64,000 bases of DNA from Heptranchias perlo (taxonomy: Eukaryota): NCBI RefSeq assembly GCF_035084215.1, contig NC_090332.1, forward strand, positions 89,466,001 through 89,530,000, read 5' to 3'. The translations under genes and the position numbers were made by a program. The notes under the pieces are model-generated. The model made no database searches. It was not told where the DNA came from and saw nothing but the letters and a program-made list of their open reading frames with translations. Below are positions 38,235 to 49,859 of the stretch, piece after piece. How positions within the stretch are numbered: position 1 is the first letter of the stretch; each line of letters begins with the position of its first letter.

Positions 38235-38708
38235 CTCATCAGCAAACATCCCCATTTCTGACCTTATGATGGAGGGAAGGTCATTGATGAAGCAGCTGAA
38301 GATGGTTGGGCCTAGGACACTGCCCTGAGGAACTCCTGCAGCAATGTCCTGGGGCTGAGATGATTGGCCTCCAACAACCACTACCATCTTCCTTTGTGCT
38401 AGGTCTGACTCCAGCCACTGGAGAGTTTTGCCCCTGATTCCCATTGACTTCAATTTTACTCGGGCTCCTTGGTGCCACACTCGGTTAAAAGCTGCCTTGA
38501 TGTCAAGGGCAGTCACTCTCACCTCACGTCTGGAATTCAGCTCTTTTGTTCATGTTTAGACCAAGGCTGTAATGAGGTCTGGAGCCGAGTGGTCCTGGTG
38601 GAACCCAAACTGAGCATCGGTGAGCAGGTTATTGGTGAGTAAGTGCCGCTTGATAGCACTGTCGACAACACCTTCCATCACTTTGCTGATGATTGAGAGT
38701 AGACTGAT
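38235..38708 (-). mobile_element. CR1-group reverse transcriptase fragment
   Basis: ALDIKAAFNRVWHQG...GVPQGSVLGPTIFSCFINDLP...MFAD. Confidence 0.9.
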
Positions 38709-39074
38709 TTTTATATAATAAAGGCATATAACCCTGAATTGTTGTTATTGTTGTATGGGACAGGGTCAATATTATTTTTGCAGTTCCTTATTTTTAAAGT
38801 GAGGAAGTTTATGTTTCTATATATATTTGGGGGGAGGGGGGGGAGTGTTTCGGGTAAGCACTGGCAGTAGATAGCCTGACCCATCACCATCACATATTGG
38901 TAAAATCACACCTACGGCTTTCCAGCGGGCGGGATTCCTGCCAACGGTGCATTTCCCAAAAAATGACCCTGATGGATTCTACTTAGTAATCTCTTTGGTC
39001 TCGAAATTACTTTTTTGCATTAGTAGTGTGCAAATGCTTAATGTGCTCATATTCACTGTTTTAATGGAAGCATT

Positions 39075-39175
39075 AAGTATGGAAGGGTTGAGGTCACAAT
39101 CAGATCAGCGATGATCTTATCAAATGGCAGAGCAGGCTCGAGGGGCCGAATGGCCTACTCCTGCTCTTCATTCGT
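39075..39175 (+). mobile_element. CR1 3' end
   Basis: GCAGGCTCGAGGGGCCGAATGGCCTACTCCTGCTC. Confidence 0.8.
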
Positions 39176-40741
39176 AAGTTTGTACTTATTAATATATGAA
39201 AATAAACTGGTTCACACCTCCATTAAAATATGGATGAAGGAATTTCACACGTTCTCATGCTGCTATTGCACCGTGCAGATACAAGGCCTCGGTGCAACAA
39301 ATAGCTGTGCTAAAAGGAGGTGGCTGGCCTGGAATCATTAGTTTGTGTTTCATCAGCAGTCTCTTCTCCGCTATGCTTTATTTCTTTTATTCCCCCCCAT
39401 TTTGTTTTAAAGTTAGTTTTCCTCTTTAGGCTTCCCTGCCATGTCGTGCATAATTTGCCAACTGAGAGGAGATTTACTTTCACTGTCTTTGTCTCTTTGT
39501 GTATTACCTGGAGGAAAAAGATGGAAGTAATTGGAACAAAGAAAAGATGTCTGACATGTTTCCTTACCGTAGTTGCTGGCAACCCAGCCAGGAATTGGAA
39601 AAATGGTACTGAGGTGCGAGCCAGAAATTCCCCATCGCCTTGCTGCATCCTCCAGCAGCCCTTGATTCAGCAAGTGCTGGTTAACTCTGGACTTGACCGT
39701 CTGCATTCAAGGGATAGAGTTGTGAACTTGGCAAAAAGTGATGTGTGAAACATTGCTGCTAGTATTCCGTGGCAATTCTCAGGGATTCATACGCACATTA
39801 AAATGCACATCAGAAACATGAAGATCTGGATTAAGCACAAGTCACTTGTCATTTTGCCCAAATGCCTCCAGTATTGGACGGACTCAGTCTGTTGTCAGCC
39901 CCCCCCTTATCAGGTCAACTCTATTGCATGACCTTGGACTACTGTGCAAGAGATGAATTTTCTCTGCTAGGTATGCAGTTCAACAATTCCAGCTCCAGGG
40001 ACCCGTATGAAGTGGCACAGTCCTTCGGTACATGAATGGACACAGCCAGAAGATCTATTTGTTATCCATCTAGCATCTGGTGGGACTGGTCAACAGGCTC
40101 TCCACACACAGCTGACTAGAAATTACTGTTAGTGATATCAACATATGGACGATTAACACATTATTATGATAGTCTTCTGACCGTTATGTTAACATAGGTG
40201 CTAACCATTTAAAAGAAACAGGTTAATCGCTCTGTTAAAATCGCAGACAGAGGAATGTTATCCCATCACGTGAAGCATTTGACTGGACTATACCTAACAG
40301 TAATTCCGAGGCCATGGTGTCTCATCTCGTTACTCTAATCTCATTTGTCGCAGGCAAAGAAAAAGGTGGTTTACTGCAGTGTAAATGATCTGATTTCTGG
40401 CTGACAAATATTGTCTTATTATTTGCGAAATTTGTGTTGGACGCTGAAACATACAGATTAACAGGGTTTGCGAAAAAAGCAGTTAAGACTGTTAAGGTTT
40501 GGCAGGTGTGCCATAAAATTGAATTTGCTGTTTCAGTGAATTCTATTTCTGGTTCTATCTGTTCTTGGCACTCCCACGTTATCAATTTTCCAATAGTCTG
40601 AATTTACTTCACTGGCTCACTAGTCCAAGGGCAGCTTTTCCTGATATTGGCGTAAAGGATCGCCTGGGCGAGTACTTAAAGGAAAATCAGCTGGGAAGGA
40701 TCACATAATGGTGACACAGCCTGCCTGATGGTCCAGCCATT

Positions 40742-41141
40742 CAACAACAACTTGCATTTATATAGCACTTTCAACGTAGTGAAACGTCCCAAGGTGCTTC
40801 ACAGGAGCGATTATCAAACAAAATTTAACACTGAGTCTCATAAGGAGATATTAGGACAGGTGTCTAAAAGCTTGCTCAACGAGGTAGGGTTTAAGGAGCG
40901 TCTTAAAGGAGGAGAGAGAGGCGGAGAGGCAGAGAGGTTTAGGGAGGGAATTCCAGAGATCAGGGCCGAGGCAGCTGAAGGCACGGCCGCCAATGGTGGA
41001 ATGATTAAAATCGGGGATGTGCAAGAGGCCAGAATTGGAGGAGTGCAGAGATTTCAGAGGGTTGTAGGGCTGGAGGAGGTTCCAGAGATAGGGAGGGGCG
41101 AGAGCCATGGAGGGATTTGAAAACTAGGATGAGAATTTTAA
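40742..41141 (-). mobile_element. L2-clade LINE 3' fragment
   Basis: LAPPYLWNLLQPYNP...STIGGRAFSCLGPDLWNSLP, with a (CAA)n tail on the plus strand. Confidence 0.9.
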
Positions 41142-41355
41142 ATGGACAGCTCCGTTATCAGTGCGAGATGTTCTTCTGATCATTTCATACCTTGATGTTA
41201 ACTCTTGTCTTTTGTCTGCTTGGTTCAGGTGTCATCTTTGTTTATTGATAATACTCTCAGCTCTGAGTCAAAGATTGTCAATTGAAGGCCCACTCCAGAA
41301 CTTGAGCTGACACTTCAGTGTAGTGCTGACAGAGTGCTGCATTGTTGGACATGCC

Positions 41356-44300
41356 GGGAGTGAAATTGGACAGCCTCAGCCTACCAGTGCGAAGTGGCCC
41401 AGGGCCTACCCTGCACTGGAACGGGTAGGCCCTGGGCCCGATCAACACTGGGCCTCAGGCCTCATTTAAATTAGACCACCAAGCTGCCCCAACATCTGCC
41501 GCACATCCCCAGGCAGCTCGTCAATGAAGGCAGGTCCTGGGAGGGGGGGAAGCAAACGAGAGGGAAGGGTGGGATGAACGAGAGGGAGTGAAGGGAATGA
41601 TCAGATCGGGAGTGAAGAGGGTGATCGGGAGGGGGGTGATCAGATCGGGAGTGAAGAGCGTGATCGGGAGGGGGAGTGATCAGATCGGGAGTGAAGAGGG
41701 TGATCGGGAGGGGGGTGATCAGATCGGGAGTGAAGAGAGTGATCGGGAGTGGGGGGTGATCAGATCGGGAGTGAAGAGGGTGATCGGGAGAGGGGTGATC
41801 AGATCGGGAGTGAAGAGGGTGATCGGGAGTGGGGGGTGATCAGATCGGGAGTGAAGAGGGTGATCGGGAAGGGGGTGATCAGATCGGGAGTGAAGAGGGT
41901 GAGTGGGAGGGGGGTGATCAGATCGGGAGTGAAGAGAGTGATCGGGAGTGGGGGGTGATCAGATCGGGAGTGAAGAGGGTGATCGGGAGGGGGGTGATCA
42001 GATCGGGAGTGAAGAGGGTGATCGGGAAGGGGGTGATCAGATCGGGAGTGAAGAGGGTGAGTGGGAGGGGGGTGATCAGATCGGGAGTGAAGAGGGTGAG
42101 TGGGAGGGGGGTGATCAGATCGGGAGTGAAGAGAGTGATCGGGAGAGGGGGGTGATCAGATCGGGAGTGAAGAGGGTGAGTGGGAGGGGGGTGATCAGAT
42201 CGGGAGTGAAGAGAGTGATCGGGAGTGGGGGGTGATCAGATCGGGAGTGAAGAGAGTGATCGGGAGGGGGGTGATCAGATCGGGAGTGAAGAGAGTGATC
42301 GGGAGTGGGGGGTGATCAGATCGGGAGTGAAGAGAGTGATCGGGAGTGGGGGGTGATCAGATCGGGAGTGAAGAGAGTGATCGGGAGTGGGGGGTGATCA
42401 GATCGGGAGTGAAGAGGGTGATCGGGAGTGGGGGGTGATCAGATCGGGAGTGAAGAGGGTGATCGGGAGAGGGGGGTGATCAGATCGGGAGTGAAGAGGA
42501 TGATCGGGAGTGGGGTGATCAGATCGGGAGTGAAGACGGTGATCGGGAGGGGGAGTGATCAGATCGGGAGTGAAGAGGGTGATCGGGAGGGGGGTGATCA
42601 GATCGGGAGTGAAGAGGGTGATCGGGAGGGGAGTGATCAGATCGGGAGTGAAGAGGGTGATCGGGAGTGGGGGGTGATCAGATCGGGAGTGAAGAGGGTG
42701 AGTGGGAGGGGGAGTGATCAGATCGGGAGTGAAGAGGGTGAGTGGGAGAGGGGTGATCAGATCGGGAGTGAAGAGAGTGATCGGGAGGGGGGTGATCAGA
42801 TCGGGAGTGAAGAGAGTGATCGGGAGTGGGGGGTGATCAGATCGGGAGTGAAGAGGGTGAGTGGGAGGGGGAGTGATCAGATCGGGAGTGAAGAGGGTGA
42901 GTGGGAGAGGGGTGATCAGATCGGGAGTGAAGAGAGTGATCGGGAGTGGGGGGTGATCAGATCGGGAGTGAAGAGGGTGAGTGGGAGGGGGGTGATCAGA
43001 TCGGGAGTGAAGAGGGTGATCGGGAGGGGGAGTGATCAGATCGGGAGTGAAGAGGGTGATCGGGAGTGGGGGGTGATCAGATCGGGAGTGAAGAGGGTGA
43101 TCGGGAGGGGGGTGATCAGATCGGGAGTGAAGAGGGTGATCGGGAGGGGAGTGATCAGATCGGGAGTGAAGAGGGTGAGTGGGAGGGGGGTGATCAGATC
43201 GGGAGTGAAGAGGGTGAGTGGGAGGGGGGTGATCAGATCGGGAGTGAAGAGAGTGATCGGGAGGGGGGTGATCAGATCGGGAGTGAAGAGGGTGATCGGG
43301 AGGGGGGTGATCAGATCGGGAGTGAAGAGAGTGATCGGGAGGGGGGTGATCAGATCGGGAGTGAAGAGAGTGATCGGGAGAGGGGGGTGATCAGATCGGG
43401 AGTGAAGAGGGTGAGTGGGAGGGGGGTGATCAGATCGGGAGTGAAGAGAGTGATCGGGAGTGGGGGGTGATCAGATCGGGAGTGAAGAGAGTGATCGGGA
43501 GGGGGGTGATCAGATCGGGAGTGAAGAGAGTGATCGGGAGTGGGGGGTGATCAGATCGGGAGTGAAGAGGGTGATCGGGAGTGGGGGGTGATCAGATCGG
43601 GAGTGAAGAGGGTGATCGGGAGAGGGGGGTGATCAGATCGGGAGTGAAGAGGGTGATCGGGAGTGGGGGGTGATCAGATCGGGAGTGAAGACGGTGATCG
43701 GGAGGGGGAGTGATCAGATCGGGAGTGAAGAGGGTGAGTGGGAGGGGGGTGATCAGATCGGGAGTGAAGAGAGTGATCGGGAGGGGGGTGATCAGATCGG
43801 GAGTGAAGAGGGTGATCGGGAGTGGGGGGTGATCAGATCGGGAGTGAAGAGGGTGATCGGGAGGGGGAGTGATCAGATCGGGAGTGAAGAGGGTGAGTGG
43901 GAGGGGGAGTGATCAGATCGGGAGTGAAGAGGGTGAGTGGGAGAGGGGTGATCAGATCGGGAGTGAAGAGAGTGATCGGGAGTGGGGGGTGATCAGATCG
44001 GGAGTGAAGAGGGTGATCGGGAGTGGGGGGTGATCAGATCGGGAGTGAAGAGGGTGAGTGGGAGGGGGGTGATCAGATCGGGAGTGAAGAGGGTGATCGG
44101 GAGGGGGAGTGATCAGATCGGGAGTGAAGAGGGTGATCGGGAGGGGGAGTGATCAGATCAGGAGTGAAGAGCGTGATTGGGAGGGGGGTGATCAGATCGG
44201 GAGTGAAGAGGGTGATCGGGAGGGGGAGTGATCAGATCGGGAGTGAAGAGGGTGATCGGGAGGGGGAGTGATCAGATCAGGAGTGAAGAGGGTGATCGGG

Positions 44301-47300
44301 AGGGGGAGTGATCAGATCGGGAGTGAAGAGAGTGATCGGGAGGGGGGGTGATCAGATCGGGAGTGAAGAGGGTGATCGGGAGGGGGGGTGATCAGATCGG
44401 GAGTGAAGAGGGTGATCGGGAGGGGGAGTGATCAGATCGGGAGTGAAAAGGGTGATCGGGAGGGGGAGTGATCAGATCAGGAGTGAAGAGCGTGATTGGG
44501 AGGGGGGTGATCAGATCGGGAGTGAAGAGGGTGAGTGGGAGGGGGAGTGATCAGATCGGGAGTGAAGAGGGTGATCGGGAGGGGGGGTGATCAGATCGGG
44601 AGTGAAGAGGGTGATCGGGAGGGGGGTGATCAGATCGGGAGTGAAGAGGGTGATGGGGAGGGGGGTGATCAGATCGGGAGTGAAGAGGGTGATCGGGAGG
44701 GGAGTGATCAGATCGGGAGTGAAGAGGGTGATTGGGAGGGGGGGTGATCAGATCGGGAGTGAAGAGGGTGATCGGGAGGGGGGTGATCAGATCGGGAGTG
44801 AAGAGGGTGAGTGGGAGGGGGAGTGATCAGATCGGGAGTGAAGAGGGTGAGTGGGAGAGGGGTGATCAGATCGGGAGTGAAGAGAGTGATCGGGAGTGGG
44901 GGGTGATCAGATCGGGAGTGAAGAGGGTGATCGGGAGTGGGGGGTGATCAGATCGGGAGTGAAGAGGGTGAGTGGGAGGGGGGTGATCAGATCGGGAGTG
45001 AAGAGGGTGATCGGGAGAGGGGTGATCAGATCGGGAGTGAAGAGAGTGATCGGGAGTGGGGGGTGATCAGATCGGGAGTGAACAGGGTGAGTGGGAGGGG
45101 GGTGATCAGATCGGGAGTGAAGAGGGTGATCGGGAGGGGGAGTGATCAGATCGGGAGTGAAGAGGGTGATCGGGAGGGGGAGTGATCAGATCAGGAGTGA
45201 AGAGCGTGATTGGGAGGGGGGTGATCAGATCGGGAGTGAAGAGGGTGATCGGGAGGGGGAGTGATCAGATCGGGAGTGAAGAGGGTGATCGGGAGGGGGA
45301 GTGATCAGATCAGGAGTGAAGAGGGTGATCGGGAGGGGGAGTGATCAGATCGGGAGTGAAGAGAGTGATCGGGAGGGGGGGTGATCAGATCGGGAGTGAA
45401 GAGGGTGATCGGGAGGGGGGGGTGATCAGATCGGGAGTGAAGAGGGTGATCGGGAGGGGGGGTGATCAGATCGGGAGTGAAGAGGATGATCGGGAGGGGG
45501 AGTGATCAGATCGGGAGTGAAAAGGGTGATCGGGAGGGGGAGTGATCAGATCAGGAGTGAAGAGCGTGATTGGGAGGGGGGTGATCAGATCGGGAGTGAA
45601 GAGGGTGAGTGGGAGGGGGAGTGATCAGATCGGGAGTGAAGAGGGTGATCGGGAGGGGGGGTGATCAGATCGGGAGTGAAGAGGGTGATCGGGAGGAGGG
45701 TGATCAGATCGGGAGTGAAGAGGGTGATGGGGAGGGGGGTGATCAGATCGGGAGTGAAGAGGGTGATCGGGAGGGGAGTGATCAGATCGGGAGTGAAGAG
45801 GGTGATTGGGAGGGGGGGTGATCAGATCGGGAGTGAAGAGGGTGATCGGGAGGGGGGTGATCAGATCGGGAGTGAAGAGGGTGATCGGGAGGGGGGGTGA
45901 TCAGATCGGGAGTGAAGAGGGTGATCGGGAGAGGGAGTGATCAGATCGGGAGTGAAGAGGGTGAGTGGGAGGGGGAGTGATCAGATCGGGAGTGAAGAGG
46001 GTGATCGGGAGGGGAGTGATCAGATCGGGAGTGAAGAGGGTGATCGGGAGGGGGGTGATCAGATCGGGAGTGAAGAGGGTGATCGGGAGGGGGGGTGATC
46101 AGATCGGGAGTGAAGAGAGTGATCGGGAGTGGGGGGTGATCAGATCGGGAGTGAAGAGGGTGAGTGGGAGGGGGAGTGATCAGATCGGGAGTGAAGAGGG
46201 TGATCGGGAGGGGAGTGATCAGATCGGGAGTGAAGAGGGTGATCGGGAGGGGGGTGATCAGATCGGGAGTGAAGAGGGTGATCGGGAGGGGGGTGATCAG
46301 ATCGGGAGTGAAGAGGGTGATCGGGAGGGGGGTGATCAGATCGGGAGTGAAGAGGGTGATCGGGAGGGGGAGTGATCAGATCGGGAGTGAAGAGGGTGAT
46401 CGGGAGGGGGAGTGATCAGATCAGGAGTGAAGAGGGTGAGTGGGAGGGGGGTGATCAGATCGGGAGTGAAGAGAGTGATCGGGAGGGGGGTGATCAGATC
46501 GGGAGTGAAGAGGGTGAGTGGGAGGGGGGGTGATCAGATCGGGAGTGAAGAGAGTGATCGGGAGGGGGGTGATCAGATCGGGAGTGAAGAGGGTGAGTGG
46601 GAGGGGGGTGATCAGATCGGGAGTGAAGAGGGTGAGTGGGAGAGGGGGGTGATCAGATCGGGAGTGAAGAGGGTGATCGGGAGTGGGGGGTGATCAGATC
46701 GGGAGTGAAGAGGGTGAGTGGGAGGGGGGTGATCAGATCGGGAGTGAAGAGGGTGATCGGGAGGGGGAGTGATCAGATCGGGAGTGAAGAGGGTGAGTGG
46801 GAGAGGGGTGATCAGATCGGGAGTGAAGAGAGTGATCGGGAGGGGGAGTGATCAGATCGGGAGTGAAGAGGGTGATCGGGAGTGGGGGGTGATCAGATCG
46901 GGAGTGAAGAGGGTGATCGGGAGTGGGGGGTGATCAGATCGGGAGTGAAGAGGGTGATCGGGAGTGGGGGGTGATCAGATCGGGAGTGAAGAGGGTGAGT
47001 GGGAGGGGGGTGATCAGATCGGGAGTGAAGAGAGTGATCGGGAGTGGGGGGTGATCAGATCGGGAGTGAAGAGGGTGAGTGGGAGGGGGGTGATCAGATC
47101 GGGAGTGAAGAGGGTGATCGGGAGGGGGAGTGATCAGATCGGGAGTGAAGAGGGTGATCGGGAGGGGGAGTGATCAGATCAGGAGTGAAGAGGGTGATCG
47201 GGAGTGGGGGGTGATCAGATCGGGAGTGAAGAGGGTGATCGGGAGGGGGAGTGATCAGATCAGGAGTGAAGAGCGTGATTGGGAGGGGGGTGATCAGATC

Positions 47301-48948
47301 GGGAGTGAAGAGGGTGATCGGGAGGGGGAGTGATCAGATCAGGAGTGAAGAGCGTGATTGGGAGGGGGGTGATCAGATCGGGAGTGAAGAGGGTGATCGG
47401 GAGGGGGAGTGATCAGATCGGGAGTGAAGAGGGTGATCGGGAGGGGGAGTGATCAGATCAGGAGTGAAGAGGGTGATCGGGAGGGGGAGTGATCAGATCG
47501 GGAGTGAAGAGAGTGATCGGGAGTGGGGGGTGATCAGATCGGGAGTGAAGAGGATGATCGGGAGGGGGAGTGATCAGATCGGGAGTGAAAAGGGTGATCG
47601 GGAGAGGGGTGATCAGATCGGGAGTGAAGAGGGTGATCGGGAGTGGGGGGTGATCAGATCGGGAGTGAAGAGGGTGATCGGGAGAGGGGTGATCAGATCG
47701 GGAGTGAAGAGGGTGATCGGGAGGGGGAGTGATCAGATCGGGAGTGAAGAGGGTGATCGGGAGGGGGAGTGATCAGATCGGGAGTGAAGTGGGTGATCGG
47801 GAGGGGGGTGATCAGATCGGGAGTGAAGAGGGTGATCGGGAGGGGGAGTGATCAGATCGGGAGTGAAGAGGGTGATCGGGAGGGGGGTGATCAGATCGGG
47901 AGTGAAGAGGGTGATTGGGAGGGGGGGTGATCAGATCGGGAGTGAAGAGGGTGATCGGGAGGGGGGGTGATCAGATCGGGAGTGAAGAGGGTGATCGGGA
48001 GGGGGAATGATCAGATCGGGAGTGAAGAGGGTGAATGGGAGGGGGAGTGATCAGATCGGGAGTGAAGAGGGTGATCGGGAGAGGGGGGTGATCAGATCGG
48101 GAGTGAAGAGGGTGATCGGGAGTGGGGGGTGATCAGATCGGGAGTGAAGAGGGTGATCGGGAGGGGAGTGATCAGATCGGGAGTGAAGTGGGTGATCGGG
48201 AGGGGGAGTGATCAGATCGGGAGTGAAGAGGGTGATCGGGAGGGGGGTGATCAGATCGGGAGTGAAGAGGGTGATCGGGAGTGGGGGGTGATCAGATCGG
48301 GAGTGAAGTGGGTGATCGGGAGGGGGAGTGATCAGATCGGGAGTGAAGTGGGTGATCGGGAGGGGGAGTGATCAGATCGGGAGTGAAGAGGGTGATCGGG
48401 ACGGGGGTGATCAGATCGGGAGTGAAGTGGGTGATCGGGAGGGGGGTGATCAGATCGGGAGTGAAGAGGGTGATCGGGAGGGGGAGTGATCAGATCGGGA
48501 GTGAAGTGGGTGATCGGGAGGGGGAGTGATCAGATCGGGAGTGAAGAGGGTGATCGGGAGGGGGGGTGATCAGATCGGGAGTGAAGAGGGTGATCGGGAG
48601 TGGGGGGTGATCAGATCGGGAGTGAAGAGGGTGATCGGGAGGGGGGTGATCAGATCGGGAGAATCCTACCCCTCCCGGCTCCAGTTTTTAAAAAAACTTA
48701 TCCTTTTGTTGGCGGCCTGCAGGTGTCCCTTTAAGGATCGCTGGTTAGGTCGCATGTAGACCTGCTTATCAGGAACACAGCTGGCACGGCACCACTGCAT
48801 TCAGGGCAACCCAATTTCGGGAAGGAGCCTTTTACCAATATGGCAGGTGATGCACTTCCTGCGCTAAATATGGCCGCCCACCGTGTTGGACACTGAGGTA
48901 CTCGTTTTATGCCTGTAAATGAGCGCAGCATCAACGGATTTCATGGTC
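41356..48948. mobile_element. Harbinger-type MITE hosting the satellite
   Basis: Runs from GGGAGTGAAATTGG to CGGATTTCATGGTC (degenerate TIR), with a GC-rich non-coding body on both sides of the array. Confidence 0.55.
41598..48660. repeat. ~7-kb tandem array of a 39-40-bp G-rich unit (~178 copies)
   Basis: Unit GTGATCAGATCGGGAGTGAAGAGGGTGATCGGGAGGGGG(G), directly visible. Confidence 0.99.
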
Positions 48949-49451
48949 ACTATTTTTCAATTGACATCTTAAACTGAGACATTGTCTGTCTGTTCAGATG
49001 AACGCAAAAAAAAAAATCACATGGCACTTTTCAAAGAAAAGCAGGGGGTTTATCCGAACTAACAATCATCCCTCCATTAAAAATAGGTTAACTGGTCCTC
49101 CCTCTAACTTGCTGTTTGTGGAATCTTGCTGCACGTACAATTGGCTGCCAGATTTGCCTACGTTACAACACAGACCAAACGTCAAAAAAGTAATTAATTG
49201 GACGTGAACCTTTTTCAGACATCCTGAGAATGTGATACGGCATTATGTAAATGGTAACACTTTCTTTATGTACTACTAATGTGAAGCTGCTGTTCTCGAG
49301 TCTCACTTATTCCCACTTTTTTGGCTGCTAAACAGAAGTTAACACTAATAGGAAATCACAGTAAGACCACTAACAGTTCGACATTTTAATAAAAACAGAA
49401 AATGCTGGAGAAGCTCAGCAAGTCAGGCAGCGTCTGCGGAGAAAGAAACAG

Positions 49452-49489
49452 AGTTTAACGTTTCAGGTCGAAGACCTTTCTTCAGAATT
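49452..49489 (-). ncRNA. Minimal hammerhead ribozyme motif
   Basis: AAUU-CUGAAGA-aAGGUC uuc GACCU-GAAA-CG-UU-AAACU. Core and stem II intact, stem I imperfect. Confidence 0.7.
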
Positions 49490-49822
49490 GGAAGAAGTTC
49501 AAGATTTGACAGTTTTTAAGCAAATGCAGAGCCAGGGGGAAGGAGGGGAGGGGAGGAAAGAACAAAAGGGAAGGTCTGTGATAGGGCGGAGGGCAGGAGT
49601 GATTAAATGACAAAAGGGATGATGGTGCGAGGCAAGGAGGGCGGGAATGGGACAAAAGATGGGTCTAGAGGAGCTGTAAATGGCAACATCAGAACCATTA
49701 TCTGCCGTCCACCCTATCAGATCCTTCCATTTTGTTCTTTCCTCCCCCCCCTTTCCTCCCCCCCCCCCCCCTTTCCCTGGCTCTGAAATTGTTTGAAAAG
49801 TGTTTAATCTTCAATTTCTTCC

Positions 49823-49859
49823 AGTTCTGACGAAGGATCATCGACCTGAAACGTTAACT
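49823..49859 (+). ncRNA. Minimal hammerhead ribozyme motif
   Basis: AGUU-CUGACGA-AGGaUCaucGACCU-GAAA-CG-UU-AACU. Stem I perfect, core intact. Confidence 0.78.

Larger units (their letters stand above)
41252..49265 (+). mobile_element. Old SacSINE1-like SINE split by a MITE and satellite (halves 41252-41355 and 48950-49265)
   Basis: The 5' half ends GTGCTGCATTGTTGGACATGCC and the 3' half resumes TTTTCAATTGACATCTTAAACTGAG. These are contiguous in the intact copy at 18.67-18.71 kb. Confidence 0.75.

Noticed and set aside
41598-48660. CRISPR array or repeat-protein gene (ORFs up to 320 aa)
   Set aside because: There are no unique spacers or cas genes and the context is eukaryotic. The ORFs are translations of the satellite that shift frame with each 39/40-bp unit.
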